A DNA stretch of 64,000 nt from the human T2T-CHM13v2.0 reference genome, Homo sapiens. A program made the translations under genes and the position numbers. The notes below the pieces were generated by a model. The model made no database searches. It was not told where the DNA came from and saw nothing but the letters and a program-made list of their open reading frames with translations. The stretch lies in NCBI RefSeq assembly GCF_009914755.1, contig NC_060925.1; one strand, 5' to 3'. Shown here piece after piece: positions 58,530 to 64,000 of the stretch; position 1 is the stretch's first letter; every line of letters starts with the position of its first letter.

Positions 58530-61500
58530 CATGGAAGTTTGCTATCTTTTTGCCTAAGCCAAAGGATGGCACACTAATGGTTGTTAGTTTCTAACTCCCA
58601 AATGTAGTCACAGACAAGGAGTGATTGACTGTCTGGCCTATTTCTGTAGGAAAAGCCTCAGATGACTTATGTGATCTAATTTATCTTAGTGAAGCTGGGA
58701 GAACCTCCATGCATGCTGGATGTATTCTTTACTCCCATTCTCTTTCCAGTGCACAGGAATATATATGGCTTTAACTCCTCAGAAGATAACTCTATGTCAG
58801 AATGTATTAGTACCCATCAAAGCACTATAACCTGGCCGCAACATCCCTTCAATTATAGACAGCCTCTTGCTTTTTACCAGACAAGGGTACAGGCTCCAGT
58901 TTCTGATATGATTTGACTCAATTTTCTTTATCTGCCTCAAGGCACTGTAAAATTATTACTTCTTTTATTTAAAAAAACAATCTTCGTTGTATTTCCCTTC
59001 TCTTTTCCCAACCTCCACTTCTGTCTTTCACAATTACTACCAATAAAGAGGCAGCAGGATTAACTGATAGCATATCATCCACCTGCATCCCAAGTCAGAG
59101 AAGAAATTTGAGGCAGAGAGCAACTATTTGGGATAGTACCAACCATCAAAGATGGCTTAGACAGAGGCATTCTGAGCTATAATAGAAACCATATAAGGAT
59201 AATAAATCTAAGAAAGAAGCAATATGCTACTTTGGAAAAATATAGATGGGATTATAATTTTACATAGAGCAATATTATTTCAATAGAAGGAATGCATGCA
59301 TCTATGTGAGACTAGACTGTGAGTCTTTAGAAGAAAATTTATATTCATGTGGTGAGAGTGTTGCCTTATTCTGAAGAAATCTAGCAAGAGCAATTTCTGG
59401 TGGAGGACCAAGCTTAGGTTGAAAGAAACACTATCTTTCTCATATGTCCCATGAGAAAAAAAAACTCACTCACATCCTTCCGTTTTGAGACCAGAAAAAC
59501 CCCAGGAAGAAAACAATCCCACCTCCTACCATTAACATCAGGGTGAAGACTACAGTCAGTGGATATTAGCAAAAGCTTCTAGAAGGGTTTATTAGAAGAA
59601 AACAAGTAGGACTGGGAAGGGTTGGCAGTTAGAGAAAAGGGTTTATCCATGTGGGGCACCTCCCAAAGGCATGGCCTGGAGGGTCCTGGTTCCTTGTGTG
59701 GCACGAGGGAACTGGTTAGCTGAATCAAGTTGCAGCTAAAAATCCTCTGACTCAACTTCCTTGGAACACTTAAAGCTTTCATGAGTAGCTCAGATTAATC
59801 CTGATTGGAGTCTTCATGTATTTAATTCTCATATGCTGTGTAAGGTGGTACTCTAAAAGGGGCATGTTCTGCTTCCTTGTCGTCATGCCCACCCTAGAAG
59901 GTGGCTTTAACAAGCAGGTGACTTTCCAGTGTGATAAACTGTAGACTTGTTTCACTGGCTTTCCCCACGAGCTTACACTTTCCTTAAAGAAGAACCAGAT
60001 TCATTCTTGTGCAGGAAAGAAGGGAGGAGCCTGGCTACATGAATTTTTCTGCTAACTGAGACATGGGGGAAGGAGAAAGATTTTAGAGTGGTAGTGGAAT
60101 GAGGAAAATACCCTGAAGGCCTTCAGATTAAAAACAGGAAACACAGTCTAACAGTACTTATAAGGTCAACTTTGATTGAGAGGCAGCAAACCAAGAGCTG
60201 AGAAAAAGCAAACATACACTTTGTTATTTGAGATCAAATGTTTTTGCCTTTCCTCTTTTAACATCTTCTCTTTCTGTCTTCTCAGCAAATAAACTAATGT
60301 TTGGAAGAGAAATAGATTTACAAACAAACCATCTTTCTATTTGTATACATGGTCATACAAAGGAAAGGTTTTTTTCCTTCATACACACAAAATCCTGCAC
60401 AGAAAATGCATACAAATGATTGCAGCTGTCACTATCACAACTTAGAGAAAATGCAGATGGCATAAAATAATATTCACAAATGGCTAATAGAATTTTAATA
60501 GCTACAAGAAAGAAGAGAAAATGAAGGCGCTGAATCTACTTGGGATGTGAAGAGAATGAGATGGTCCCAGGAAGAGTCTAAAGGCAGAGCTATCCTTGAT
60601 TTTCCTCATGTTTAGAAGTGGCATTCCCCGATGCATTGATTTATGTGAGGATTAGGCAGCAATCATAGTCCCTAGACTAGCCTGGAAGGCATGTGCATAA
60701 AGTATGATATTTGCAATATGCAAATGTCATGTATGATGAATGAAATGTTCAGTATGTCTCGAGGACACCCAGATGCTAACCAGCCACTGCTTCTGTGCTG
60801 CAAATGGGAAACGAACTTGGAGCAAAGTTATCTTTCTATAGCTAATTGATTTCTTTAACATGGTTTCTGAATCTAAATGTCAGTACTAAACCATAAGTCA
60901 TTCTACCTATATTAGCTTTCTATGACTTTAGATATTTCTTAATGATAATAACAGTTAGAACTGGGGACTGAGCAATAGGAAGGTGGGTCAACCTACGTAC
61001 ATATAGCACATATAAGGCAAAGCCACAAGGGAATATGAGGATTTTACGAAGGAGTAGATGGCATTTTAAGTCCAAATAGTTTGAATGAAACTTGGGAGCT
61101 ATTCTTCAGGTAAGGAAGTGGATAGGTCACGAATGTCCCGAGCCAAGTTCACAACTAAGTTCAATATTCAGGATGATTCTTAAAGAGGAACAATTACAGT
61201 AAAACATAGAGGTCCCATAAAGAAAAAAGACCAACATCTAGATGGTTTGGTAGTAAGCACCAAAAGAAGACAGCTCCTAGAGCAACAATCCATTCTCCAG
61301 GCAGAGATTATATCATTGCAGAAGAATAATGAAATCCAGTCAATGCAGACCTGGGAATTCAAAGTAAGGCCAGGAGCGATACTGGCTCAGGGCTGAACTA
61401 AGGGTAGCCTACACAGCAATGGATTTTTTTTTCTTTTCTTCTTCTAGAAGGAATCCCTAGGGTCTTTAGAATTTAAGAATGGGATGGTTCCAACTGTACA

Positions 61501-61837
61501 AAATAAAGACAATATACAGATACTGGCTGATCATCCACCTAGCACCCATGCCTGACACCTTGTAGAGGTTCAAAATGGTTTGCTGAATTATATATCTGAG
61601 TTCTTGTGGGTAAGAGTATGTTTCCTTTTACCAATTGTTGCCTTTAATGTTTCTATCTTTTCTTTACTAGAACTAAAGTGTTTAATTATAGAAGATTGCT
61701 TGAAACTGAATGCAGGAGTCTTGGTAAGTCAGAATGTTTCTGAAGCTTAGAAGTAACTAAGGAACTTTCTATAGAGCAATGGTGAAACCTCAAAGGGATT
61801 TGAGCCAGTAAATATGGTAGCAGTGACGACTCTAGAG

Positions 61838-62135
61838 CTACATTGCTCAATATGGTAGTCACTAGCAATATGTGCTGTTGTGACTTATCCAAATGGAGCT
61901 GTGCTTTAGGTAGCAATACACACACCAGATTTCAAAGACTTACTACAAAATAAAATAATTGTAAAATACCTTATTATTTTTATATTGATTGCATATTGAA
62001 ATAATATTTTGGACATATTGGGCTAAACATAGTATTTGAATTAATATCTCCTGTTTCTTCTTACCTTTATTAATGCAGCTACTAGAACATTTAAAATCTT
62101 ATATGTGACTTGCATTCCATTTCTATTAGACACTA
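61838..62135 (-). mobile_element. MER33 hAT-Charlie MITE
   Basis: caatatggtagtcactagc...gctactagaacatttaaaat; perfect 8-bp TSD ctctagag (61830-61837 / 62136-62143). Confidence 0.85.
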
Positions 62136-63059
62136 CTCTAGAGAGAAAAATCAGAATTTGGTGATTTATGCTGGTGTTCCTTCAAGTGTGGCCTATGGAC
62201 CAGTATCAATCCACATACAGTTATTAATCAAAAAGGAGTTAAGTAAAGAAATTGAGAGAAAGGATCTAGAAACTTGTTATATCAGTTTGACATTGTCATG
62301 ACATCCAAGTGTGTGATGTTTTATTTTCCATAAGTATCAGTTTATGACAAATTGGGAGAAAAACTCTTTTCTTTTTCACCAGAGATAGTTTAAGGAATAT
62401 TGAGGATTTATCACAAGACAGCTTCAGTGGGTCAGAGGAAGCTGTCACATGCTTTAGAAACTTAGGGATCTTGGAAGCAGCTGTCAGAGGTTTGCTAAAT
62501 GTGCTCCCAGAGGAAGCATGCTTCTGAGGCCACACGAAGGAGAAAATATGGAACAATTTTCCATCATTTTCAGAGAGTCCCAGGTATGGGTCTCTGTATG
62601 GAGTGCTAAGTTTATCGCTGGACTAGGGAAGCTGGAAAGGTATGGTTAATGAGGTTGAGGGGTATCATACTAAGAGAATTTAGGATCCAGATGGCTTTAT
62701 ACAAGTGAACATCTACTTTTCAAGGAAACATTTCAAAACTTCATCCTTCACAGGCCTACGGTGGGTGTAATTACTCATTGGTTCATCTATTCAATTAGCA
62801 CTTATTGAGTAGTTACTATGTTCCAGGGACATTGCTGGGTTCTGGAGCTCCAAGGATAAGTGAGATATTGCAGCTGCCCACAAAAAGTACACAATGTAGT
62901 AGGGGGCACAGACACATACCCTGTATGACAACATATGATTTATGGGCTTGGCAGAATGACAAGTAAGATATGGTTACCATTAGCCAAAGGACTAAAGGAG
63001 CTCTCTGCTTGATCTTAGAAGGATAGGTAATGCTGCTGTCATAGGCAGCTCCTACTAGG

Positions 63060-63290
63060 AAAAGTCAGCAAGCAATTTAAGAAAAAGAACAATGGTTTCA
63101 GATTCACAGAAAACTGGGTTTGAATCCTGGTTTCTTTGCTTGTAGTTACATAGCCTTGGACCTCAGTTCCCATTTCTCTAAAGTGAAGATGGCTACGTCC
63201 ACTCAAGGGATGCTGTACACATTAAATGAAATAATATAAGTTAAGCACCACGCACATTGTAAGCACTCAGTAAAGGTAAATGAGTGCATA
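63060..63290 (+). mobile_element. MIR SINE
   Basis: ctgggtttgaatcctgg...cctcagttcccatt...ttaaatgaaataatata...gtaagcactcagtaaa. Confidence 0.8.
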
Positions 63291-63499
63291 AACTTGACAT
63301 TCAACATTACTTGGGGCAAGATTTTTCTGAATTTTCTATAAGGCTGAAACTACAAGTAGGGCTAAGTGTGTCCTGCTCTGAAGATTGAAGAATCACAGGG
63401 TCAGGGTGTTACACAAACTACTGAAGAAACAATGGGCTGACATACTTTTAGGATAGACTCACGGGAAAGTTATTTCAGCTGAATGTCAGAAAAATTTAA

Positions 63500-64000
<501 letters not shown>

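Overview
This is non-coding catarrhine primate (very probably human) genomic DNA, either intergenic or deep intronic. I see no credible cellular protein-coding exon, RNA gene, CpG island promoter or CRISPR array. Roughly half the window is transposable-element derived. It holds 27 Alu elements or fragments (J, S and Y subfamilies, most with readable target-site duplications, TSDs), a 3.1-kb decayed L1PB insertion carrying ORF2 remnants, and a long old minus-strand L1M. It also holds L2 and MIR relics, several solo LTRs (MST, MER41, LTR16, MLT1, MER66-like), hAT and mariner MITEs (MER5, MER33, MER53, MER81, MER96, MADE1) and short tandem repeats. The ORFs I could place are Alu, L1 or simple-repeat artefacts; the rest are short and unrecognisable. 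I found no new biological system. The most interesting signals are micro-evolutionary or regulatory: (1) an AluSp/AluY chimera that shares a private 5-bp duplication with an inverted AluY 8.5 kb away; (2) stacked insertions reusing one target site; (3) a perfect 34-bp tandem duplication; (4) TE-free, CpG-retaining or homeodomain-motif-rich segments that look like conserved enhancers. Subfamily names come from remembered consensus sequences, not from a database search, and the boundaries of old repeats are approximate.
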